Assembly (NCBI GenBank): GCA_964372955.1
Contig: CAYJTC010000003.1
Span: 1-40,892, forward strand
Reading direction: 5' to 3'
Source: an uncultured Planctomycetia bacterium
GTDB taxonomy: Bacteria; Omnitrophota; Gorgyraeia; 1-14-0-20-64-10
Length of the DNA: 40,892 nt
The position numbers were made by a program, and so were the translations under genes. Shown one piece after another: positions 1 through 7,357 of the stretch. Position 1 is the first letter of the stretch. Each line of letters starts with the position of its first letter. The notes beneath the pieces were generated by a model. It saw only the letters and a program-made list of their open reading frames with translations, ran no database searches and was not told the origin of the DNA.

Positions 1-347
1 GGCTGGCCCTTCGGAGGATCCCCCCGCAGGGCCAGCAGGTTGTAGATCCCCAGTTCTTTGAGGCGCCTTAAATTCTCCCGGAGATCGGCTTTTGACTGAC
101 CGATGATATTCAGGTGGCAGGTCGTCTCCACTCCGGCTTTGTTTTTCAGCCGGTCGCATAGGTCCAGGGTCAGGTCCCGGGTGGAGCCGGCGGCCCCGTA
201 GGTCATGGAGAAGAAGGCTGGGTTCAGGCGCTTCAAACAGGGGATCACCTCGTTGAACAGCTTGTCCACCCCTTCGGGAGTCTTGGGGGGGAAAAGCTCG
301 ATGGAGATGTCCGGCTTGCCGGAGCGGTAGAGCTGGTCGAGGCGCAT
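1..347 (-). CDS. metF: Methylenetetrahydrofolate reductase, N-terminal ~115 aa (gene runs off the left edge)
   Basis: Minus-strand ATG at 347, 5 nt after the DUF420 stop. It reads MRLDQLYRSGKPDISIELFPPKTPEG...FFSMTYGAAGSTR...NLLALRGDPPKG, a typical MetF N-terminus. Absent from the ORF track because it is truncated. Confidence 0.8.
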   Translation of the reverse strand, partial: MRLDQLYRSGKPDISIELFPPKTPEGVDKLFNEVIPCLKRLNPAFFSMTYGAAGSTRDLTLDLCDRLKNKAGVETTCHLNIIGQSKADLRENLRRLKELGIYNLLALRGDPPKGQ

Positions 348-352
348 GGGGG

Positions 353-958
353 TCAGACCCCTTCTGAAGGGGGCTGACCCCTTTTGTTATCGCGTCGGAC
401 GGAACGGACGATCAGCCCAGTGATTCCGGCGAAAACCAGGTAAGGAACCGCCATCAGGAAATAGACGGACCGCTTCCAGGCCAGAGACAGCTTCGGATCA
501 TGGGCGGCCAATGCCTCGCTGCAGCTGGGGCAGCCCCAGGCCCAGTCGACCCGGTAGAGCATCCAGTAGATCACCACCCCGGTCACCGAGACATAGAGCC
601 AGAGGGGAAGCGTCCACCGGGCGATCCGCCGGTGCGATTCCCATCGGCTGCGGAGCGCCAGGAACAGGGTTCGCAGGACCAGCGGGACGATCAGGACCGC
701 CAGCGCGGTGTGGGAAATCAAAATGCCGAAATAAACAGGCCGGATCCAACCCGTGCCGGGGAAGGGGGTTGAGCCGTGATGGGCGTGATAGATCAGATAG
801 GAGGTCAGGAAGGCGATCGAGGTGAAGAAGGCGGCCACCATGCAGGCCCGGTGGGCCGGGATCTGCCGGCTCCGGATGAACAGGAAACCGGCCGTCAGCA
901 GCAGGGCGCTGGCGCCGTTTAAGAAAGCGTTAAGGGTGGGAAGCGAGCTGTAAGGCAT
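353..958 (-). CDS. DUF420-family membrane protein (oxidase-cluster associated) with an extra C-terminal CPSC motif plus TM helix
   Basis: Track ORF 353..1090. I start it at the ATG at 958 (MPYSSLPTLNAFLNGASALLLTAGFLFI...). It has multiple TM helices, a His-rich YHAHHG loop, and sits in an oxidase operon. The upstream part of the track ORF overlaps SCO1. Confidence 0.7.
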   Translation of the reverse strand: MPYSSLPTLNAFLNGASALLLTAGFLFIRSRQIPAHRACMVAAFFTSIAFLTSYLIYHAHHGSTPFPGTGWIRPVYFGILISHTALAVLIVPLVLRTLFLALRSRWESHRRIARWTLPLWLYVSVTGVVIYWMLYRVDWAWGCPSCSEALAAHDPKLSLAWKRSVYFLMAVPYLVFAGITGLIVRSVRRDNKRGQPPSEGV

Positions 959-1535
959 CGCGAACCAGCTGTTTGAGCGCCTTGGGTTCGGTGGAGTCGT
1001 AATAGCCGCGGATCCGGCCCGCTCCGTCCACCAGCACGAACCGGACGCTGTGGGCGATCGGCTCCCCTGGATCAAGCCCTTCCGCCACACTTAAACGGAA
1101 GCCTTCCTGCACCAGCGACTGGATCGCCCCCTTCTGGCCGGTCAGGAAGATCCAGCGGTCAGGCTGGGCCTGGTAGCGGGCGGCATATTGGGTGAGGACC
1201 GTCGGGGTATCCCGGTCCGGGTCGACGCTGATGGAGACCAGCCGAACTTCACGCGGCAGCCGCCCCTGAAGGGCGCGCATCCTCTCCGACATCTGGGGAC
1301 AGGTTCCCGCGCAGGAGGTGAAGATGAAGTCAGCGATCCAGGGCATTCCCTTCAGGGAGGCGCTGTGAAAAGCCGTTCCCGTTGAGTCGGTCAAGGTGAA
1401 AGGCGGCACTTCCTTCAGGACAGGCAGGGCCGCCGACTGAGCTGGGGTGGAAGGACCGGGCCAGGCGGGGGCCAGAAGAGCCGCGGCCATCACGGCCGCC
1501 AGAAAGCTCCAGAGGAACCTCGACTGCAGCTTCAA
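930..1535 (-). CDS. SCO1/SenC copper chaperone (thioredoxin fold, CxxxC)
   Basis: FIFTSCAGTCPQM motif, a conserved His near the C-terminus, and a signal/anchor FLWSFLAAVMAAALLAPA. The start is uncertain. A TTG at 1535 overlaps the upstream TGA (TTGA); an ATG at 1490 is the alternative. Confidence 0.8.
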   Translation of the reverse strand: MKLQSRFLWSFLAAVMAAALLAPAWPGPSTPAQSAALPVLKEVPPFTLTDSTGTAFHSASLKGMPWIADFIFTSCAGTCPQMSERMRALQGRLPREVRLVSISVDPDRDTPTVLTQYAARYQAQPDRWIFLTGQKGAIQSLVQEGFRLSVAEGLDPGEPIAHSVRFVLVDGAGRIRGYYDSTEPKALKQLVRDALQLASHP

Positions 1536-1834
1536 CCGACGATGAGGGATCCGGCCAGAACCATGACGCCGGCCAGGCCCAGAAGGAAGAATGGGGAAAG
1601 CGCGACGATCCATAGGGGGACCACCTTCTCGAACTTCAGATGCATGTAGAACAGAATGACCAAAAGCGCCTTGATCAGGGAGACTGCCATAATCAAAAGA
1701 ACGACCCCGGCTTTCGAGAGGGGAAGAAGCGAGATGGAGGTTCCGGCCGCCAGCAGGGCGATCAGCCAGATCCAGATGACCACGTACTTTCCGTAAGAGG
1801 GAGCTGCCGGGGCGCGGCTCATAGATGGGGTCAT
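1532..1834 (-). CDS. Cytochrome c oxidase small subunit IV (prokaryotic COX4-like)
   Basis: 100 aa with 3 TM helices and LVILFYMHLKFE. ATGA overlap with the subunit III stop. Position is right after ctaE. Confidence 0.7.
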   Translation of the reverse strand: MTPSMSRAPAAPSYGKYVVIWIWLIALLAAGTSISLLPLSKAGVVLLIMAVSLIKALLVILFYMHLKFEKVVPLWIVALSPFFLLGLAGVMVLAGSLIVG

Positions 1835-2415
1835 AGGAGGTACACCAGTGGGAACAAGAAGATCCAGACCAAGTCCACGAAGTGCCAGTACAGCCCGGAG
1901 AGCTCGACTACATGCCCCCGACCTTTAAGAAAATCGGGCCGGAAAGTCAGCGACAGCACCCACAGGTTAGCGATCACTCCGGCTAGCACGTGCAGGCCGT
2001 GCAGGCCGGTCAAGGTGAAGTAACAGTCCCAGAAGATCCCGGAGCCCGGGAAATGGCCGTGCGCGAACTTGAGAGAGTACTCGTACCCCTTCACTCCCAG
2101 GAAGGCGGACCCCAGCCCGATCGTCGCCAGAAGGAAAAACCGAAGCCTTTTGGAATCAGCTTGATGGATGGCGGCCACCGATAAGGCCATCGTCAGGGAG
2201 CTCGACAGCAGGATGAAGGTGTTCAGCGCCGCTAGGGGAATGGAAAGCTCCTCACCCGGATGCGGCCAATGAGAAAGGCCGGCCCGCAAGACGATGTAGG
2301 TCCCCAGCAGGCCGGAGAAGAACATGACCTCCGAGGCTAAGAATAGCCACATCCCCAGCTTCCCGGAAGGAATGCCGGTAGAGGTGGACTCGGAAGCGTG
2401 CCCGGTATTGCTCAC
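1831..2415 (-). CDS. ctaE: Cytochrome c oxidase subunit III
   Basis: MWLFLASEVMFFSGL...LTGLHGLHVLAGV...YWHFVDLVWIFLFPLVYL are hallmark subunit III motifs. GTG start overlaps the upstream stop (GTGA). Confidence 0.9.
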   Translation of the reverse strand: MSNTGHASESTSTGIPSGKLGMWLFLASEVMFFSGLLGTYIVLRAGLSHWPHPGEELSIPLAALNTFILLSSSLTMALSVAAIHQADSKRLRFFLLATIGLGSAFLGVKGYEYSLKFAHGHFPGSGIFWDCYFTLTGLHGLHVLAGVIANLWVLSLTFRPDFLKGRGHVVELSGLYWHFVDLVWIFLFPLVYLL

Positions 2416-4109
2416 GAGATCACCTTATCCAAGCTTAACGTGAAAAGCAAGAACGGCAGGTAAACCACCGAGGCCAGAAAAAGCCGGTGGGCCGCTTCAG
2501 CAGAGCGGCTCCTGCCCGCGGCCAACCCTAAGCGCAGGAACAGCAGGCTTGCCCCGAGGGCGCCGAAAAAATAAAAGGTGCCGGCCGATCCGAGAGCCGC
2601 CGGCAGAAGACTAGCCGGCACCAGGGCCGCGCTGTAAAGGGCGATCTGCCGGAAGGTAAGGTCCCCTCCGGGGTCGACGACCGGCAGCATTTTAAACCCG
2701 GCCCGGGCGTAGTCGGCCCGGTATTCCCAGGCCAGCGCCAGGAAATGGGGCAGCTGCCATAAGAAAACGATCCCAAACAGAAGCCAGGCCTCCAGGTTCA
2801 GGGATCCCCGGGCGGCCGCCCAGCCGATCAAGGGAGGAAGCGCTCCGGGGATCGCCCCGATCAACGTGCATAGGGCGGTCCTGGATTTCAGCGGGGTGTA
2901 GAGGAACAGGTAACTAGCCAAAGTGGCCGCTCCGATGGAACCGGCCAGCCGGCCGGCTCCGAAAGCCAAAAGAAGCAAGCCCCCCGCCGACAGACACACG
3001 CCGAAAACAAGAGCCGATTCCGGGGCGATCCGGCCGGAAGGAATCGGCCGGTTCCGGGTCCGGTCCATCCGGGCGTCCGCTTCCCGTTCCAGAACCTGGT
3101 TGAGCGCCCCGGCCCCGCCTCCCACCAGGGCGGTTCCCGCCAGCAGGGCCAGCAGTTTCCCCCAATCGGCGGGTCCAGTTAACCCCAGCCAGAACCCGAT
3201 GAGGCCGGTGACCACCGCCAAACAGGTCAACCGGGGCTTGGTCAGGTCCAGATAAGGCCGGGTGAAAAGATCGGAGAAGGGGATCGAAACGGAAAGCAGC
3301 TGATGCAGACGCGCGGTCAGAATGACGCAGCCGGCTAAGATCAAGGCTCCCACGGCGACATGGGTGGTGGCACTGACCGGGTCCGCGCCCCGGATCAGGG
3401 TGGCGATTCCCAGCCCCATCTGGACGAGGAGAAGCCAGGAGAGCCATCGGGCTAAGCCGGCCAGCGCCGGATTTTCCCGGAATCGGCGGGCGACTTTGGC
3501 GGAGGTGGCCCCCAAGAGGGCTGCCACGACCAGAGCCCCGATCCCGTGGGCGACGATCCAGCGGGTTTGCCAGCCGGCATGCCGAAGGATGGCTCCCAGA
3601 ATCAGCTGAACATACACCGCGCCCGTCGTGATCAGCGCCCGGCGTGGAAGGGCACGGTCCGTCTCGAGCGTCGGCCATCGATTGGTTCCGATCTTCCAGT
3701 GGGGCGACAGGACCGTCGCCAGAAGAACAATCACCGTGAAGAAAAGCTGCCCCAGGCAGGCATGCGCCACCGAGACCGGTAGAGGCAGCTGCCACAGAAC
3801 GGTCAAGCCTCCCAGGATTCCCTGCAGGACCACCGAGCCCAAGGCCCCGACCCCCAGCCAGCGGACCCAACGGCGCGGTTCCCGGGCCAGCAGCCAGAGA
3901 CAGAGAATCAGAGTCAGCCCGCCTACCCCGGCGGCGATCATCCGGTGACTGTGCTCGAACCGAATCCCCCCCACCATCGGCGGAAGGAATCTTCCGTAAG
4001 AAAGAGGCCAATCCGGAACGCTCAAGCCGGAATCAGTGGAGGTGACCCACCCGCCGGCGATCACCAGCAGAAAAGCAGCAACCGCTGTAAAGACCGCTAG
4101 CCGACCCAT
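2412..4109 (-). CDS. Fused haem A synthase (CtaA/COX15-like, N-terminal) and protohaem IX farnesyltransferase (CtaB/COX10, UbiA family, C-terminal)
   Basis: N-terminal half: GGWVTSTDSGLSVPDWPLSYG...FEHSHRMIA (COX15). C-terminal half: LTKPRLT...ALNQVLEREADARMDRTRNRPIPSGRI (UbiA prenyltransferase Asp-rich motif). Single 565-aa ORF. Confidence 0.85.
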   Translation of the reverse strand: MGRLAVFTAVAAFLLVIAGGWVTSTDSGLSVPDWPLSYGRFLPPMVGGIRFEHSHRMIAAGVGGLTLILCLWLLAREPRRWVRWLGVGALGSVVLQGILGGLTVLWQLPLPVSVAHACLGQLFFTVIVLLATVLSPHWKIGTNRWPTLETDRALPRRALITTGAVYVQLILGAILRHAGWQTRWIVAHGIGALVVAALLGATSAKVARRFRENPALAGLARWLSWLLLVQMGLGIATLIRGADPVSATTHVAVGALILAGCVILTARLHQLLSVSIPFSDLFTRPYLDLTKPRLTCLAVVTGLIGFWLGLTGPADWGKLLALLAGTALVGGGAGALNQVLEREADARMDRTRNRPIPSGRIAPESALVFGVCLSAGGLLLLAFGAGRLAGSIGAATLASYLFLYTPLKSRTALCTLIGAIPGALPPLIGWAAARGSLNLEAWLLFGIVFLWQLPHFLALAWEYRADYARAGFKMLPVVDPGGDLTFRQIALYSAALVPASLLPAALGSAGTFYFFGALGASLLFLRLGLAAGRSRSAEAAHRLFLASVVYLPFLLFTLSLDKVIS

Positions 4110-4111
4110 GT

Positions 4112-4153
4112 TTCACCCTTCACCCTTCACCCTTCACCCTTTATCCTCCACCT
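4112..4153. repeat. Heptanucleotide tandem array H1: (TTCACCC)x4 plus 2 degenerate units
   Basis: Read directly: ttcaccc x4 (4112-4139), then tttatcc and tccacct. It spans the ctaD stop (4134-4136) and its last codons, and lies 2 nt downstream (+ strand coordinates) of the ctaA-ctaB start codon. Confidence 0.9.
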
Positions 4154-5867
4154 TCCCCGGTTCTTCCGTCTGCATCTGCCAATCCCGCGCTCTTCCGGGA
4201 ACCGAATACTCGTACGGCCCGCGATGGACCACCGGTGTCTCGGAGAAATTCCCATGGGGCGGCGGGGAAGGGGTCTCCCATTCCAGGGTGGTGGCCTCCC
4301 ACGGATTTTCTCCGGCCTTCTTGCCTCGGAACAGGCTCCAGAAAAAGTTGACCGCGAACAGAACCTGGGTAGCCATCAGGCAGAAGGCGGCCACACTCAT
4401 CATCCGGTTAAGGCCCGCAAACTGGGTCAAGCCCGCGTACTGGGTGTAGTCGTAGATCCGGCGGGGCATCCCTCCTAACCCTAAGTTGAACATCGGAAAC
4501 ATGACGGCGTTGAAGAACAGGAAGGTCAGCCAGAAATGGACCTTTCCCAGCCGCTCGTTCAAGCTGCGGCCGAACATCTTGGGGAACCAGAAGGTGATCC
4601 CGGCGAAAGCGCCGAACAGAGACCCTCCGAACAGGACGTAATGAATATGCCCCACCACGAAATAGGTGTCGTGAAAATACATGTCCACCGGAGTGGAGGC
4701 CAAATAGATGCCGGTCAAACCTCCGATGATAAACATCGAGATGAAGCCTAAAGCGTGCAGCATCGGAGTGGTCAGCCGGATCGAGCCGCGCCAGAGGGTG
4801 CCCAGCCAGCTGAACACCTTGACGCCGGTGGGCACCGCCACCGCCATCGTGGAGACCATGAAGGTAGTGCCCAGGGCCGGGTTCATGCCGCTTTGGAACA
4901 TGTGATGCGCCCAGACCAGGAACCCGACCGCTCCGATCCCCACCGCCGAGTAGGCGATCGCGTGATAGCCGAAGATCGGCTTCCGGCAGAAGGTGGGCAG
5001 GATATCAGAGACGAATCCCATCGCCGGCAGGATCATGATGTAGACCGCCGGGTGGGAATAGAACCAGAACAGGTGCTGCCACAGAAGAGGCTGGCCCCCG
5101 GCGTGGGGCAGGAGGCTGCCGTCCACGATCATGCCGGCCGGCAGAAAGAAGCTAGTACCGGCCACCCGGTCCAGCAGCAGCAGGATCAGTGCCGCGGCCA
5201 GAACCGGGGTGGCCAGCAGGGTCAGAACCGCGGTGGTGAACAGCGCCCAGATCGAGATCGGCAGGCGGTGGAAAGTCATTCCCGGTGCCCGGTGGTTGAT
5301 GATGGTAGCGATGTAGTTCACCGCCCCCAAGATGGAGGAGAACCCCAGCACCACGATCCCGGCGGCCCAGAGGGTCTGGCCGGCTCCCATCGTGGCCGTC
5401 GTCCCGCTTAAAGGAGGATAAGCGGTCCAGCCGGATGCCGCCGCCCCCCCCTCCACGAAGAAGCCGGCTAAGACGGTGGCCACCGCCACCGGAAACATCC
5501 AATAGGAAAGCATGTTCAGCCGAGGGAAGGCCATGTCCGGTGCCCCGACCTTCAAGGGGATCAGGTAATTCCCAAAGGCTCCAGCCAATAAGGGGATCAC
5601 CCCGAAAAAGATCATCACGGAGCCGTGCATGGTGAAGAGCATGTTGTAATACTCCGGCACCATCACCCCGCCGGGCATTCCGGCCGGAGCGATTTTTTCC
5701 ATGAAGGCCAGCGGCGCCCCCGGCCAGCCCAACTGCCAGCGCATCAGCATCGCCAGCAGGCCTCCGAAGAACATAAAGATCAGGGAGGAGAAGAGGAACT
5801 GGATCCCAATGATCTTGTGATCGGTTGAAAAGATATATTTTCGGATGAATCCCGGTCGGCTACTCAT
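4134..5867 (-). CDS. ctaD: Cytochrome c oxidase subunit I
   Basis: STDHKIIGIQFL..., WFYSHPAVYIMILP, GHHMF-type VWAHHMF, HDTYFVVGHIHYVL. Start moved to the ATG at 5867 (MSSRPGFIRKYIF), overlapping the subunit II stop by 8 nt. Confidence 0.95.
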   Translation of the reverse strand: MSSRPGFIRKYIFSTDHKIIGIQFLFSSLIFMFFGGLLAMLMRWQLGWPGAPLAFMEKIAPAGMPGGVMVPEYYNMLFTMHGSVMIFFGVIPLLAGAFGNYLIPLKVGAPDMAFPRLNMLSYWMFPVAVATVLAGFFVEGGAAASGWTAYPPLSGTTATMGAGQTLWAAGIVVLGFSSILGAVNYIATIINHRAPGMTFHRLPISIWALFTTAVLTLLATPVLAAALILLLLDRVAGTSFFLPAGMIVDGSLLPHAGGQPLLWQHLFWFYSHPAVYIMILPAMGFVSDILPTFCRKPIFGYHAIAYSAVGIGAVGFLVWAHHMFQSGMNPALGTTFMVSTMAVAVPTGVKVFSWLGTLWRGSIRLTTPMLHALGFISMFIIGGLTGIYLASTPVDMYFHDTYFVVGHIHYVLFGGSLFGAFAGITFWFPKMFGRSLNERLGKVHFWLTFLFFNAVMFPMFNLGLGGMPRRIYDYTQYAGLTQFAGLNRMMSVAAFCLMATQVLFAVNFFWSLFRGKKAGENPWEATTLEWETPSPPPHGNFSETPVVHRGPYEYSVPGRARDWQMQTEEPGKVEDKG

Positions 5868-6519
5868 TCGCTTTGGTCTCCGCAAGCCACAGGTTGAACG
5901 CCTCCCGCGGCTCGGTAGTGACGAAGCCGCGCATCCGGTAATGGCCCAGCCCGCACAGCTCGGCGCACCGGATCTCATACGAACCGGCTTTTGTCGGCTG
6001 GACCCAGATTTCGGTGGGCAGGCCCGGCACCGCGTCCTGCTTGATCCGGAACTCCGCCACGAACAGGCTGTGGATCACATCCTTGGATCGGAGCTTCAGA
6101 AGGGCCGGCTCCCCGACGGGAAGGTGGAGCTGATTGAGGGTAGTCACGTCGTCGGGGGTCTCAAAGAGGCCGTCCGGGCCCGGGTACCGGATGTTCCAAG
6201 CGAACTGCTCGGCCAGCACCTCCACGGGGGCCCACTCCGCGCCAGGAGGCTGAATCGGTCGAATCTCCCGCCAGAGCTTCTGCGAAGCGACCGTCAACCC
6301 TAATAGAATAAGGGCCGGCACGATCGTCCAGATCACCTCCAAGAGAGTGTTCCCATGCACGTAATGGGCTTTGCGGCCGGCGGAAGCCCGGTATTTCAGG
6401 ATGAACAGCAGAAGCGCCCCCTGCACCAGGAAGAAGAAGAACCCGGTGATGGCCGTGATCGCCCAAAAAATCCGGTCGATCTGAGGGGCGACGCTGGAGG
6501 CGCTTTCCGGCAAAAACAT
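5860..6519 (-). CDS. ctaC: Cytochrome c oxidase subunit II (CuA domain, no fused cytochrome c)
   Basis: Two N-terminal TM helices. CuA ligands are in DVIHSLFV...CAELCGLGHYRM. Confidence 0.9.
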   Translation of the reverse strand: MFLPESASSVAPQIDRIFWAITAITGFFFFLVQGALLLFILKYRASAGRKAHYVHGNTLLEVIWTIVPALILLGLTVASQKLWREIRPIQPPGAEWAPVEVLAEQFAWNIRYPGPDGLFETPDDVTTLNQLHLPVGEPALLKLRSKDVIHSLFVAEFRIKQDAVPGLPTEIWVQPTKAGSYEIRCAELCGLGHYRMRGFVTTEPREAFNLWLAETKANE

Positions 6520-6543
6520 CCTGTTGAGAGTTGCCCCTAGAGG

Positions 6544-7344
6544 TTACTTCTTGAAGCTGAAGGTGATCTGCTTCGTTTCGCCGTCGGACACCGTGACCTT
6601 CTGGCTCTGCGTGCCCAGCTTCTCATGCCAGGCCTCCACCGTATAGTCGCCGGAGGGCAGCCCGGAGAGGGTGAAGGAGCCATCCTCGCCGGACACCCCG
6701 AAGTAAGGATGATCCAGCACCACCGCGTAAGCAGCCATCCAGGGATGGACGTTGCACTTAAACGGCACCGGAGCCTCCGGCTTATCGAAGGTCTTGACCG
6801 TCTTCATTCCTTTGATCGGCTGGGCGATGTTGAACTTCTTGTTGAGCTTCGGCTGGGCGTTGATGTTATGCAGGGTGGAGTCGCTGTTCATGATCTCCAG
6901 CGGTTGGCCCACCTGGATGCCGAAGACGTGCGGTTTGTACAGACAGCCTTTCTGATTCAGGACCACCGGAGTTTTGGAGGCGGGGACAGATCCGGGAGCG
7001 ATCCCCTCCTTGATATAGACCACCGCGTTTTGCAGCGCCCCGCCGTTGACGACCAGATTCTCGACCAGGACAGGGTCTTTGTGCTGTTGCTGGCAGACCG
7101 GATCGGCCGCCATCTGGACCTTCTCCCGGGCCGGAGCGGCTCCGTCAAAAGTCACCTTGCCGCTGAGGGTCGCGGAGCCGCCGGAAACCGCTTTGGCTTC
7201 GCCGGCGGTTCCAGCTCCAAAAGCGGTCATGAGTCGTGAGTCTTGAGTTGTGAGTAGAAGAACGAGGGCTGTCATTGTCATTGCGAGGGTACGAAGTACC
7301 CGAAGCAATCTCTTTCCTGACGCCTGACGCTTGACGCTGAACAT
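6544..7344 (-). CDS. Exported cupredoxin-like (type-1 copper) protein with a C-terminal carboxypeptidase-regulatory-like beta-sandwich
   Basis: Candidate T1Cu ligands are TLHN...KCNVHPWM (His, Cys-x2-His-x2-Met). The tail FTLSGLPSGDYTVEAWHEKLG is typical of CarboxypepD_reg-like folds. A strong SD (AAGGGGG) lies 5 nt upstream of the ATG at 7344. N-terminal residues 1-38 are encoded by repeat element H2. Confidence 0.65.
   Translation of the reverse strand: MFSVKRQASGKRLLRVLRTLAMTMTALVLLLTTQDSRLMTAFGAGTAGEAKAVSGGSATLSGKVTFDGAAPAREKVQMAADPVCQQQHKDPVLVENLVVNGGALQNAVVYIKEGIAPGSVPASKTPVVLNQKGCLYKPHVFGIQVGQPLEIMNSDSTLHNINAQPKLNKKFNIAQPIKGMKTVKTFDKPEAPVPFKCNVHPWMAAYAVVLDHPYFGVSGEDGSFTLSGLPSGDYTVEAWHEKLGTQSQKVTVSDGETKQITFSFKK
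7231..7341. repeat. Heptamer-array hairpin element H2
   Basis: Left arm: GAGTCGT GAGTCTT GAGTTGT GAGTAGA (7231-7258). Core includes GAAGAACGA (7257-7265), GTCATT x2, and the hairpin ATTGC-GA-GGGTAC-GAA-GTACCC-GAA-GCAAT (7280-7309). Right arm: CTGACGC CTGACGC TTGACGC (7317-7337). Confidence 0.85.
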
Positions 7345-7357
7345 CGTTTCCCCCTTT

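Noticed and set aside
2914-4011. Long alternative-frame and antisense ORFs overlapping well-supported genes. Examples: 2914..4011 (365 aa), 37271..38698 (475 aa), 18995..19954 (319 aa), 20676..21401, 4755..5411, 15177..15869 and 15613..16242.
   Set aside because: Their translations are Arg/Gly/Pro/Ala-rich low-complexity strings typical of off-frame reading of GC-rich coding DNA. Each lies entirely inside a gene with clear family motifs in another frame.
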